Shown one piece after another: positions 12,451 to 21,886 of a stretch of 64,000 nt of DNA. Position 1 is the stretch's first letter; each line of letters opens with the position of its first letter. A program made the translations under genes and the position numbers. The stretch spans positions 6,820,001 to 6,884,000 of the forward strand of contig OU015568.1 of the NCBI GenBank assembly GCA_907165135.1, in the 5' to 3' direction. The DNA comes from Oikopleura dioica (lineage: Eukaryota > Animalia > Chordata). The notes below the pieces were generated by a model that saw only the letters and a program-made list of their open reading frames with translations, searched no databases and was not told the DNA's origin.

Positions 12451-13102
12451 GATGGTACTGCGGATTCCACTGTCGATTATAAATACATGCATATTTAAAT
12501 AATTGATAATTATATGGTATTATTTATATCAATACGTGGTCCATGTTACATAGGCAATTTCACTTTGCTTAATAATGATCTTGCTCGAAAATATACAATG
12601 ACGCGCTTTTTTAAAGTTGAGGTAGTTATTTCTCCCACTTACTTTGAAGACCTAGAACACTATATATATTTGGAATCAGTCGAAAGAATCTAGTAACGTG
12701 ACCATAACCGATCCTCAAAAATCATTTTCGGTTACGATTCTAGAGCCGGAAATGTAAAAATCAGCTACGAGCGGTACCTAAAGAAACCCTTGTTAGGTAG
12801 AAGTCAGGGCATAACCCAGACCACTCGATATGGGGCTCAAATGAAAGCTCAGCTTCTGAGCTTTCAGAATCTGTGTCATATGACCCCTCAACTAAGCTGG
12901 AAAAAGTGGCCAAATTTTCATCTAATAAGCCTATAGATAGTAGAAGTAGGAGGAAGGCGCCAAGCCACGTGCAGAGGAACGAAACGTGCCCACCACCCAC
13001 CGCACTCATAGATAACATTGATAACAGCATTCAAACGGATTTTTGCGATACGAGTTTATCGCGATATGAGACTCAGGTCCTGAGGAGGCACATTCACGTG
13101 AA

Positions 13103-13166
13103 ATAGTATCAACTTATAACTTATAAGTTGATACTATAATAATCAGTCTTATAAGTTATAAGACTG
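13103..13166. repeat. Two adjacent short palindromes sharing the core CTTATAA-N-TTATAAG
   Basis: 13103-13137 is a 35-bp palindrome and 13144-13166 a 23-bp palindrome, each perfect except at the central base. Confidence 0.8.
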
Positions 13167-13174
13167 TTTTTTAG

Positions 13175-14223
13175 GAGTGGAGGACTCTCGCCCAAGTGGA
13201 CTCCCGCCCAAAAGGACTCTCGCCCAACTTGGGCGGGAGTCCATCTTAGGCGAGAGTCCATGTGGTAATTTTCAACCATGAGAAACAGAAAGTTGGGCGA
13301 GAGTCCATCTTGGGCGAGAGTCCACTTGGGCGAGAGTCATCCACTCCAATTGTTAATGACTATTCAATGAAAAAAGAAAGCAATGAGGTGTATATAATAT
13401 ATATGCAATGAACTTGATATAAATTAAAGTTAGGGTTAGGCGGCACTGGTCAAAATGACAGAACAACCTTACCCGAGGGGGATAGGCTAGGGTTAGTTAG
13501 GGTTACTGAAGGTAACCCTAAGTAACCCTAGACTAGACCCCGGCATCTTAGGACCTAAGGGGCGAAGCCCCTTGGTAAGGGGCAATTTGATTTGATAATT
13601 TCGGCTGAAAAGTGGTGCAGTAAGACTGACCTTCTCTTTCAATCTAATCGAAGATTAGCACTTTTTTTGAGAGTTCCAATTTCGGTTTGTCCAGCAAGAT
13701 AAGAGAAAGCATAAATTCTTTGATGTGTGGAAATATTGCGCTTCGCTAATAAAACTGGAACTCTCAAAAAAGTGCTATTCCTCGACTAGGTTGAAAGAGA
13801 AGGTCAGTCCTACTGCACCACTTTACAGCCGAAATTATCAAGTCTAATTGCCCCTTACCAAGGGGCTTCGCTCCTTAGGTCCTAAGATGCCGGGGTCTAG
13901 TCTAGGGTTAGTTAGGGTTACTGAAGCCTATCCCCCTCGGGTAAGGTTGTTCTGTCATTTTTTCCAGTGCCCCCTAACCCTAACTTTAATTTATATAAAG
14001 TACATTCCATATTTATTATATACAGCTCATTGCTTTCTTTTATCATTGAATAGTCATTATTCAATTGGAGTGGAGGACTCTCGCCCAAGATCGACTCTCG
14101 CCCAACTTTCTGTTTCTCATTGTTGAAAATTTCCACATGGACTCTTGCCCAAAAGGACTCTCGCCCAACTTGGGCGGGAGTCCATCTTGGGCGGGAGTCC
14201 ACTTGGGCGAGAGTCCTCCACTC
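13175..14223. mobile_element. Non-autonomous foldback / MULE-like element, about 1.05 kb and nearly fully palindromic
   Basis: Perfect 9-bp TSD GTTTTTTAG (13166-13174 and 14224-14232). Termini GAGTGGAGGACTCTCGCCCAA. Arms of about 500 bp with GGACTCTCGCCCAA subrepeats and TTAGGG-like motifs. No transposase. Confidence 0.92.
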
Positions 14224-14262
14224 GTTTTTTAGCTTTACGGGTGTAGAAAATTTGGCGCAATC

Positions 14263-14435
14263 TTTGTGAACCCGGTTCACAAAATTTTTAAAAGTATAAA
14301 ATCAGGGGTCTGTATGCGCTCCGCGCCTGATTTCAAAGAGAAACTCATTTTTTTACGTTATTAACTTTCTCTACAACCGCGCCTTTAGTCAATTTGAGTC
14401 ACTTTTTTGACCGAAATTGTGAACCAGGTTCACAA
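14263..14435. repeat. Two copies of the short palindrome TTGTGAACCNGGTTCACAA
   Basis: Copies at 14263-14283 and 14417-14435. Confidence 0.7.
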
Positions 14436-14659
14436 AATTGATCACATTCCTCAGAAGGAAACCCCATACAACTATTTATTCTCAGAATGCCTAGACTCTG
14501 TTCTGTGTACTCGATCTCATGAACTGGAGAATATCGAGGATCATTTTTCCTGTTTATGATAAGGGGGTAGCTCATAGCGTGTGGTAAATAAAAGGCGTCT
14601 GAAAAAATGGGAATAAACCTGAAAAACAGTGTTTATGTTAATGAAATAACTAACATTAA

Positions 14660-15018
14660 CCCCACGAGTCTAAGTCGACATTTTTTATCGAAATCCGGTT
14701 TTAATCAGCTGCCCTAATTTGCCAATAACCAGAACGAGCTAAAAAATGTATTGTTTGTTTACACACGCCTTAAGCACCATGTGACCAAAAATAGAGGTGA
14801 TAAGTACTCAGCCTGGTTCTCAGTAGCCGTTCATTTCCGCTCAGCTCGAGCAAATCAGAACTTGATCACTTCAAAAAAACCAAATTTCCGATTTTTTTAG
14901 CATATTTTATTTAGTCTTGGTATAAAGTTTCAGAAGAGTATCTTGATGGGAAGGGCATTTCGACAAAAAATGTCGAATTAGACTCGTGGGGTTACGCCCT
15001 CCAGTTGGACTCGTGGGG
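14660..15018. mobile_element. piggyBac-like MITE
   Basis: TTAA at 14656-14659 and 15019-15022 flanks CCCCACGAGTC...GACTCGTGGGG. A longer internal inverted copy of the left end lies at about 14957-14994. Confidence 0.8.
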
Positions 15019-15651
15019 TTAAGAATGCTCCGAATCTCAAGAGGTTCAGAAGTAAAGAATGTTGGAATTCTTGTACGGGTTCACCAGAAGCACATTTGAA
15101 TTCGAGAGGATGAAAAAACTTCAATAACGTTTTTGAAAACAGGAGCTAAATGTCGGCGAACGGACTTATCTTTCATTGGCCGAGTCCCCCTTTAATCTCT
15201 ATAATCACTTATTTGATTTAATGACAAGATTAATGAGAAGCGCCGACCAAGTAAGTGTCCAAAATTAATCCAAGCATATTTTAGCTAATAATGCTACAGA
15301 AGGTATTGATCTATCCAGACTTTCATATGCCGCATAATATGTATAAGAAGCTTGCTAAAAAGTAACCAAGTAAGGTTGTTTAGTCATCTACCGAAGAATC
15401 TGAAGACTTTACCATAATCTAAAATTTTTCAATTAAATTATCCAACGTTACGTGTAAAACCATTCAAAATAATTTTTTTAAATAAGAATAACATAAAAAG
15501 AGCAGTATAGAGCTCATTATCCTCGTGACTTGCTCTTGATGCGACTCTGGCTCTCGCAACATCGGCTCTCGATCGCCATCTGAGCTTTCACCTCATAAAT
15601 ACTACGCGGAATGATTCTTGTTTAAGCATTATCGTGAAAAAAACACGAAAA

Positions 15652-17274
15652 ATGAAACTTTTTACTTTTTTATCTGTTCAATTAGCCGAGGCAGTTGTAT
15701 TTGACGAGACATGGATGATAAAAGGAAGAACAGGGCGGAGAACTCGACTTCAGAGTAACCAAGCTGATGCTCAAGCCTATTGTGAGAACCAAGGGGGGAC
15801 GATGGCGTATTTCAAAAATGAAGGGGAGTTCGCGCTTTTTAGCGAAGAAGAAGTCGGATGGAAGCTCGTGCGTCTTGGATACACTCGAGCAAACGAATCT
15901 GATCCTTTCATTGCTACCAACGGAGATACGGATGTTTACACCGATTTCCGGTATTTAGAACCAAATGTTCAACCAAGCAACGGGTTTTGTACCTATCTTC
16001 GACTGACAAGAAGAAAAAAGTGGACTGAAAAACAAATGAATACGATGACACAAGAGAAGTGCGACAATCAAAAGAGAATGTCATTGTGTAGATTTGAAGA
16101 AGGCACTCCAGAAGCGAGGATCCGAAATGGAGATGACTTCTCAAGATACGAGGTTGCGGACATAACTGCCAACTTTGAAGACGCATCTGCTTACTGCCAC
16201 GAGAGAGGAGGCTACTTGCCCTACAATCTTGAATACGATATCGGAAACTATACTGATCAAGATCAATGGACTGGGCTTCGAAGATTTGGCAACAGCTTTG
16301 TCGACACAGTCAATAGAGAATTCGAACCAAGCGACGATGACTGGGATGTGAATGAGCCAAGTTCAATTAAAGGCGGCGGTCAATGTGTTCAAATTGGTAG
16401 AAACTCAGATGGTGATCTGAAATTAAAAATGCAAAACTGTCTACAAAAACTACCTTTTCTCTGTCGATACAATTACGATTGTAACAAGAACATTGTATCT
16501 AACAGACGAAGGCAACTAACAGTTGGACAACCAATGTTTCTACAGGATCTTCAATGTTCAGGAAGCAACGAGTGGTCTATTGGAGTGTCTTTCAAGTGCA
16601 AAAACAGCAAAGCAGACCCTGCTGAAGACTTGGTAACTATTGTAGACAATGATAATCCGTCAACTCCCTTCTTTCGAATTCATCGACCTGCTTATACATA
16701 CAACTACGAAATTATAATGTAAGTAAAGTTGATATTTAAACCAAATATAATTAAAAATAGCCCGAAAATGTCTGAGAATACAGAAGTTGAAGGAGAATTT
16801 TTCAATCCCTACCCGGGCCATGTTCATGTCCGCGACAGAGAGGAGCCTTCGCCAATGTACAAGACTTGGATGTGCTCAAGTAGACCAGAATCAGATGCGA
16901 ATCTCGAAATAAGGCAAACTTTTTGCCCTGAAACAGGCAAATACACAAAATCGTTGTTCTGGAACAACTTGGAACGAATGCGCTACGTTGACGACGTTCC
17001 GAGCCGCATCGCGAATCTTGAGTTCTACATTGGAGGAAACTCTAACCCAGCGACAGAGATAAAGTATTTCAGTGTTGGTCAAATGGACAAGTATGGCGGT
17101 CAATGCGATGTTAATCAATATGATTGCGTTAAACCAGACAATACGACAATCCCATATGGATCAGCCGAATGGATGTATGGAAAGAAAGGCAACAACAGAC
17201 GAAGACGAGGCAAATGTTATTGTATGTCCAGGGGTCAATACAAATGCGTGCGAATGGATGGAAGAGATTTTTGA
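15652..17274 (+). CDS. Secreted protein with two C-type lectin-like domains and a C-terminal Cys-rich (FN1/VWC-like) module
   Basis: Signal peptide MKLFTFLSVQLAEA. CTLD motifs AQAYCENQGGTMA and ASAYCHERGGYL, QWTGL, WDVNEPS, QCVQI, LPFLC. One phase-consistent GT-AG intron near 16719-16760. Confidence 0.85.
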
Positions 17275-18090
17275 TCAATTTTTGCTTACTTTCTGTCAAT
17301 TGTCAAAATGCAAATCATCTTTTTTCTCTGAATAAATATACATATTTTTTAAAGCGCCTGAGCTTGCTCATTTATAAGAGATTACTACAGTTGCGAACCA
17401 ATGCTTAATAATTATTAAATTTATTCCAAATATTTTTCTTGTTTCTAGAACCTTTTACAAGAGATTTGGTCCATCTTTAAGAAACTACTAATAGTAAGAT
17501 GATCTTACAGACAATTTATTTTTGATAAAAATTCCTTGCCAATTATTTATCATAATAAAAGCATTAAAAATGGTGATGAATGATGTCATTTCAACAATAT
17601 CTAATTCATCGGACTCTTTCGACATAAATTCCTGTAGGATCCACAAAAAGATTGATCGGAAAAGCGTTTATCTAGACCGAATTTACAAACCAAATTTCCG
17701 ATTTGAAAAATAGCAAGCAATATTACTGCTAAATCTTTGTGTCATCCACCGAAACAATAAAATCGCAATTAAATAAAAAATAAGAGACTTAGGTCGTAAA
17801 CCCCTAGCGGGAGTACTTTAGACGAATAACTCTGATTCAATGGAAGAACAAAGTAGGTACTCCTCTATGATTTCAAGCCGTTCATCTCGAAGCAGGATTC
17901 CGTTCCTACACCAAATCCGATGAGCGTTGAGCTGTTGAAGACGAAATAGGTTGACGCCTATCCGAATAATAGGACTGCTGGCAATTGACGAGCTTAGATC
18001 ATAAAAATTCTCATTCCGAATAAGAGTGCCCAACTTCGCCCAAGACCATCTTATTTGCTACGAGAGAGCACTTAGAGATCAAAATAGGAG

Positions 18091-18863
18091 ATGGGCAGCG
18101 GCCAGTCCAGAAACATCGATCCAAGTAAGAGATAATCGAGAAGACAGGAAAAGTGCATAAAGAACTATTCTAGCTCAATGTCCGGAGACTTGCAGTGACG
18201 CGTATGCATGTACTTCCATAACGAAAAATGCGGCCAGTCAACACACCGATTATGCTTGCAGATTGAGTAAGTAACAATCAGTCAATGCTGATTTTTAAAA
18301 AATCTCTTTGAAAGATGAAAACGCAAGAATCGGGCTCATCGCTGGTTTCTCTGCTTTGGCGTTTCTTCTCTTTGTTTTGATCATGATCTGCTGTTGCCTG
18401 AAATGGTAAAGTTGACTTTCGACCTTCCAAAACCATCAACCATCTCGTAGCCGACGAAACAAGCGAGTTGTTCCGACGAAGAAGAACTCTCCTGATAGAT
18501 GTGGCTGCTGTTGTTTTGATCCTGAATTCGCCGAACCTGAGCAACGAGCCCCAACTCCTCCTCCACCAAGAACACCCACCCCACCTCCACGAGTCAAAAC
18601 TCCACCTCGTAAGTCAACGCACTCAGAATTAACAGGTGGGAAAATGAACATTTACCGTTTCTTTTCTAGCACGCGACGAGTTGACATACGGCGTCGTGCC
18701 CGAAAGCGCGGTCCCTGTCGCTTCCGACAGTCCATCTTCCGCCCTTTCTGATGAAGAAGGAATCGGCCGTGTGAACATCTTGAACACGAACGTTGTTAGA
18801 CCAACTGACTTTGATCCCAAGTCATCTTCTTCTTCCTCCTCCTCTTCCTCCGACTCCGAGTAA
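18091..18863 (+). CDS. Small single-pass membrane protein, paralogue 1 (4-Cys N-terminal module, TM, Cys/Pro-rich tail)
   Basis: Spliced product MGSGQSRNIDPTQCPETC...YACRL-NENARIGLIAGFSALAFLLFVLIMICCCLKC...RAPTPPPPRTP...SSSDSE. All introns are GT-AG and in phase. Confidence 0.7.
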
Positions 18864-19295
18864 ATGGTTACGAGGACAAATAAGGAAAAGATTTTCAAAA
18901 GCTCATTACTTTTTTTCGGAAGAATTTCTTTTCGAAAATCTTGACAAAGATATTAAGACAAGTCTTGTCTGCCAACAAAACCGTCAATTTCATGACAAAG
19001 AGGAATACCAGCTACTCTTATCTTTTTCCAAGCATGTTCAATAATTTTATATTTCGACTGTCTATTCAAATAACTGTTCACTAGAACACTTGCAAATTTC
19101 AACTCTAACCCTCAATTCAATTATCTGTAAAACTCAGCATAAAATAAATTTTCTACCTTTTTACGTTATTTCTTAGGACAAAGAAGCTCCTACGCTTCTT
19201 TGAATTCAAAGATATCATATTCTTCATAACAAAATTTGAAAGGAAGTCAGGCTAATCAGCAGGATTCTTCAACTGTTCGCAGAGAAACAAGGGAG

Positions 19296-19777
19296 ATGGG
19301 GAATTCATGGGGCGACACAAGTACCGACCATAACATTTTATCTTGTTTCTATTTGTTCAAGGGTATTGTCCGTACAACTGCGGACCGCACAATACAGAAT
19401 CAGTCTGCGTTTGGAATGTTCCAACTGTAGAAAACGGATATCTCGAAGGTTACACCTGTGAGCTAAGTCAGTTTCACTCCATATCTCACTTTATGAGAGA
19501 CTTTTTTCTAGCGGAGAAGGGGAAGGTTTTCGTCGGCCTGATGTTAGGCCTCGGTCTTGGATTGCCGGCACTAATCGGCCTGCTAGTCGGAGTTGGTTGT
19601 CTGATTTGCTGGCGCCACAACTACATCAAATGGTACCTAAATCAAGCACTCTGGATTTCAGAGTCTGGAACAATAATTTTTTCTAGCGTTCGTCAAGAAC
19701 TTGGTTCAAATGAGTGTGGAGTGCGCTACAATTGTGTATTCACCGAGAAGTGCAAGTCCAAATGTGTCTTAGTGTAG
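19296..19777 (+). CDS. Small single-pass membrane protein, paralogue 2, ending in a CaaX-like CVLV
   Basis: Spliced product MGNSWGDTRYCPYNC...YTCELTEKGKVFVGLMLGLGLGLPALIGLLVGVGCLICW...KCKSKCVLV. Intron positions and phases match paralogue 1. Confidence 0.68.
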
Positions 19778-19902
19778 TCACTGTAATCACGAAAAATACT
19801 GTCGGTTTACAAACATCTAAGGATTTATTTTCATACAGTTTTTGACGGAACGAAATTGATACATAAATAAAAGCTTTTTTTTAATTATAATTAAACGATG
19901 GT

Positions 19903-20820
19903 CTAGCCACGTTGTTCCTTTTTGATTTCTTTTTCAGCTTTCAGATCTTTTCGTTTTTGCTATAAAAAAATGTTAGAAATCTTAGAGCATCGAATAGTTT
20001 TCTTTACCTTATTTTCTGCTTTTCTCTCTCGCTCAGCTTGTGCCTCTTCCTTGTTAGCTTTTTTAGACTCTCGCAAACTTTGAGCTTCTTTTTTGTTTTC
20101 CGCTCTCTGTGCTTTCAGAGCTTTGGCTTGTTCTTTTTCCAGCATTTCTGAGGCCTTATTTTCAGCGAGAATTTTCAGAGCTTCTTTGCGAACAGCGCGA
20201 TCGTAGGATTTTTTCATTCGCTTTTGGAGCACTGTCGAAAGGTTGATGATCTTGTTGTACTCAGGGCAGCCTAGAGAAGGGTTGAATTTGAGGAGTTGGA
20301 AAGAAGGATGTTACCTGCGATGTATTCATCAGCGATGGCTTGGTAAGTGTTTGTAATATCATCGATTTTGCGCAAAACCTGCGCTTCCGCCTTCACTTCC
20401 TTTTTATTGCCAGATCTGAAGCCGATCGAAGTCATGGATTCCCGACAGTTGCTATTTCTAGCTGCAGATCGGGTCTTGGCGATGAGATCTCGCATTGTGT
20501 TGGAAATCTTTCGCGTAATTCTTTCTTTTCGAAGAGCATCGGCTCCAAATTGGTCATTCCAGGCAGTAACTCGGGCTTCGACGTCGAAGAGTTTGACAAT
20601 CAACGGATCGTCGGGGTCAATTTCGGGCTCTTCTTTTGGCTTGTTCGCCTTCTTTTCCCGCCGCTTTTCCCCTTTGATTTTGATATAATAGCGAAAAACG
20701 AACGAAAAACTTACTTTTCGTCTTCTCTTTAGTTTCTTGAGTCTCAACCTCTTTGTTCTTTTTATTTTTTCCAGCTTCGACCAACGCCGCCGCGCAAAAA
20801 ATCACGAAAAACAATCTCAT
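19903..20820 (-). CDS. Secreted Lys/Glu-rich helical protein
   Basis: Signal peptide MRLFFVIFCAAALVEA. Four exons joined by short GT-AG introns. K/E/A-rich C-terminus. Confidence 0.72.
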
Positions 20821-21179
20821 GCTTCCAGAGACCTAGCTTTTTCGGAAATGACTCTGCCCTGCTCATTTTTTTCTTTGCGATTTGCATGGAACATGTTGGC
20901 ACCTGACAGCTGAGCGTTCCTCGCATCAGCTTGGCAAGTTTTGCCTTTATCGTCGATAAATTTGTTGAACATGATTTTACACCGCGGATTCTTCAGAATG
21001 CCTACTTTGAGGTTCTTTTGATACCTGAATCCTACTGATTCATTGATACCTACTGTTTCCCATCCTGCATCTCATCCCTCTTACTTTATAAAGCAAAACT
21101 GTACAGTGAGTGTTGCCCGTCCCTTATTCGCATTGACAAAACTAACAGAAAATAAAGCGACCATCAGCCTAATTTCGGA

Positions 21180-21694
21180 CAGAGTTGCAAATTTTGGTTT
21201 ATTTTTGCTGAGCTGAGCTGACCTTCGTGAAAAATTCTATGAGCTGAGCTGAGCTGAGCTGGCCTATTTTGAAGCTCAATGAGCTGAGCTGAGCTCAGCT
21301 GAGCTGCCCTTCTTCATAGGTCATTGAGCTGAGCTGAGCTGAGCAGACCTTTTTTTAGGTAGTTGAGCTGAGCTGACCCTAATTTGAGCTGAGCTGAGCT
21401 GAGTGAGCTGAACTGAGCTGTTTTTACTGTATTTTTAGTAACTAAATTGTGTTAAAATCATTGAGCTGAGCAGAGCTGAGCTGAGTGATACTTGTCTGAG
21501 CTGAGCTGAGCTGAGCAGAACTGATCATGTTCAAAAATTATTGAGCTGAGCTGAGCTGAGTGATAATTGTATGAGTTGAGCTGAGCTGAGCAGATCAGAT
21601 CATTTTAGAAAATTACTGAGCTGAGCTGAACTGAGCGACTGCTCAGCTCACTCAGCCAGCTCAGCTCACTCAGCTCAACAAATTTGCAACTCTG
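21180..21694. mobile_element. hAT-family MITE with internal GAGCT arrays (intergenic copy)
   Basis: TIR CAGAGTTGCAAA / TTTGCAACTCTG. Perfect 8-bp TSD ATTTCGGA (21172-21179 and 21695-21702). Second copy at 23345. Confidence 0.93.
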
Positions 21695-21886
21695 ATTTCG
21701 GAGAAATTTCCGGTTTTGATTAACATCTTGATTACCATTTTCGGCGAGCTTACATTGATAGAAGTACTAATAAACTCATCCTGATGTCTATCTTAATAAC
21801 CAAATAACCTATTCCCGGAAATATAAAGAACTCATTCCATTTCCATTTCTTTAGTTTTGAGATTATCTGAATAATCAAATTTCAAA

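Noticed and set aside
12761-13106. Overlapping ORFs on both strands near the tRNA
   Set aside because: No recognisable motif, splice structure or homologous pattern. Could be a decayed element but cannot be supported.
13420-13990. TTAGGG-like motifs as an interstitial telomere
   Set aside because: Only 2-3 imperfect units are present, placed symmetrically inside the foldback arms.
18436-18898. Minus-strand ORF with an apparent signal peptide and poly-Glu (MKIFSLFVLVTIYSESEEEE)
   Set aside because: It is the antisense shadow of the poly-Ser/Pro-rich exons of the + strand membrane gene, which has a consistent splice structure.
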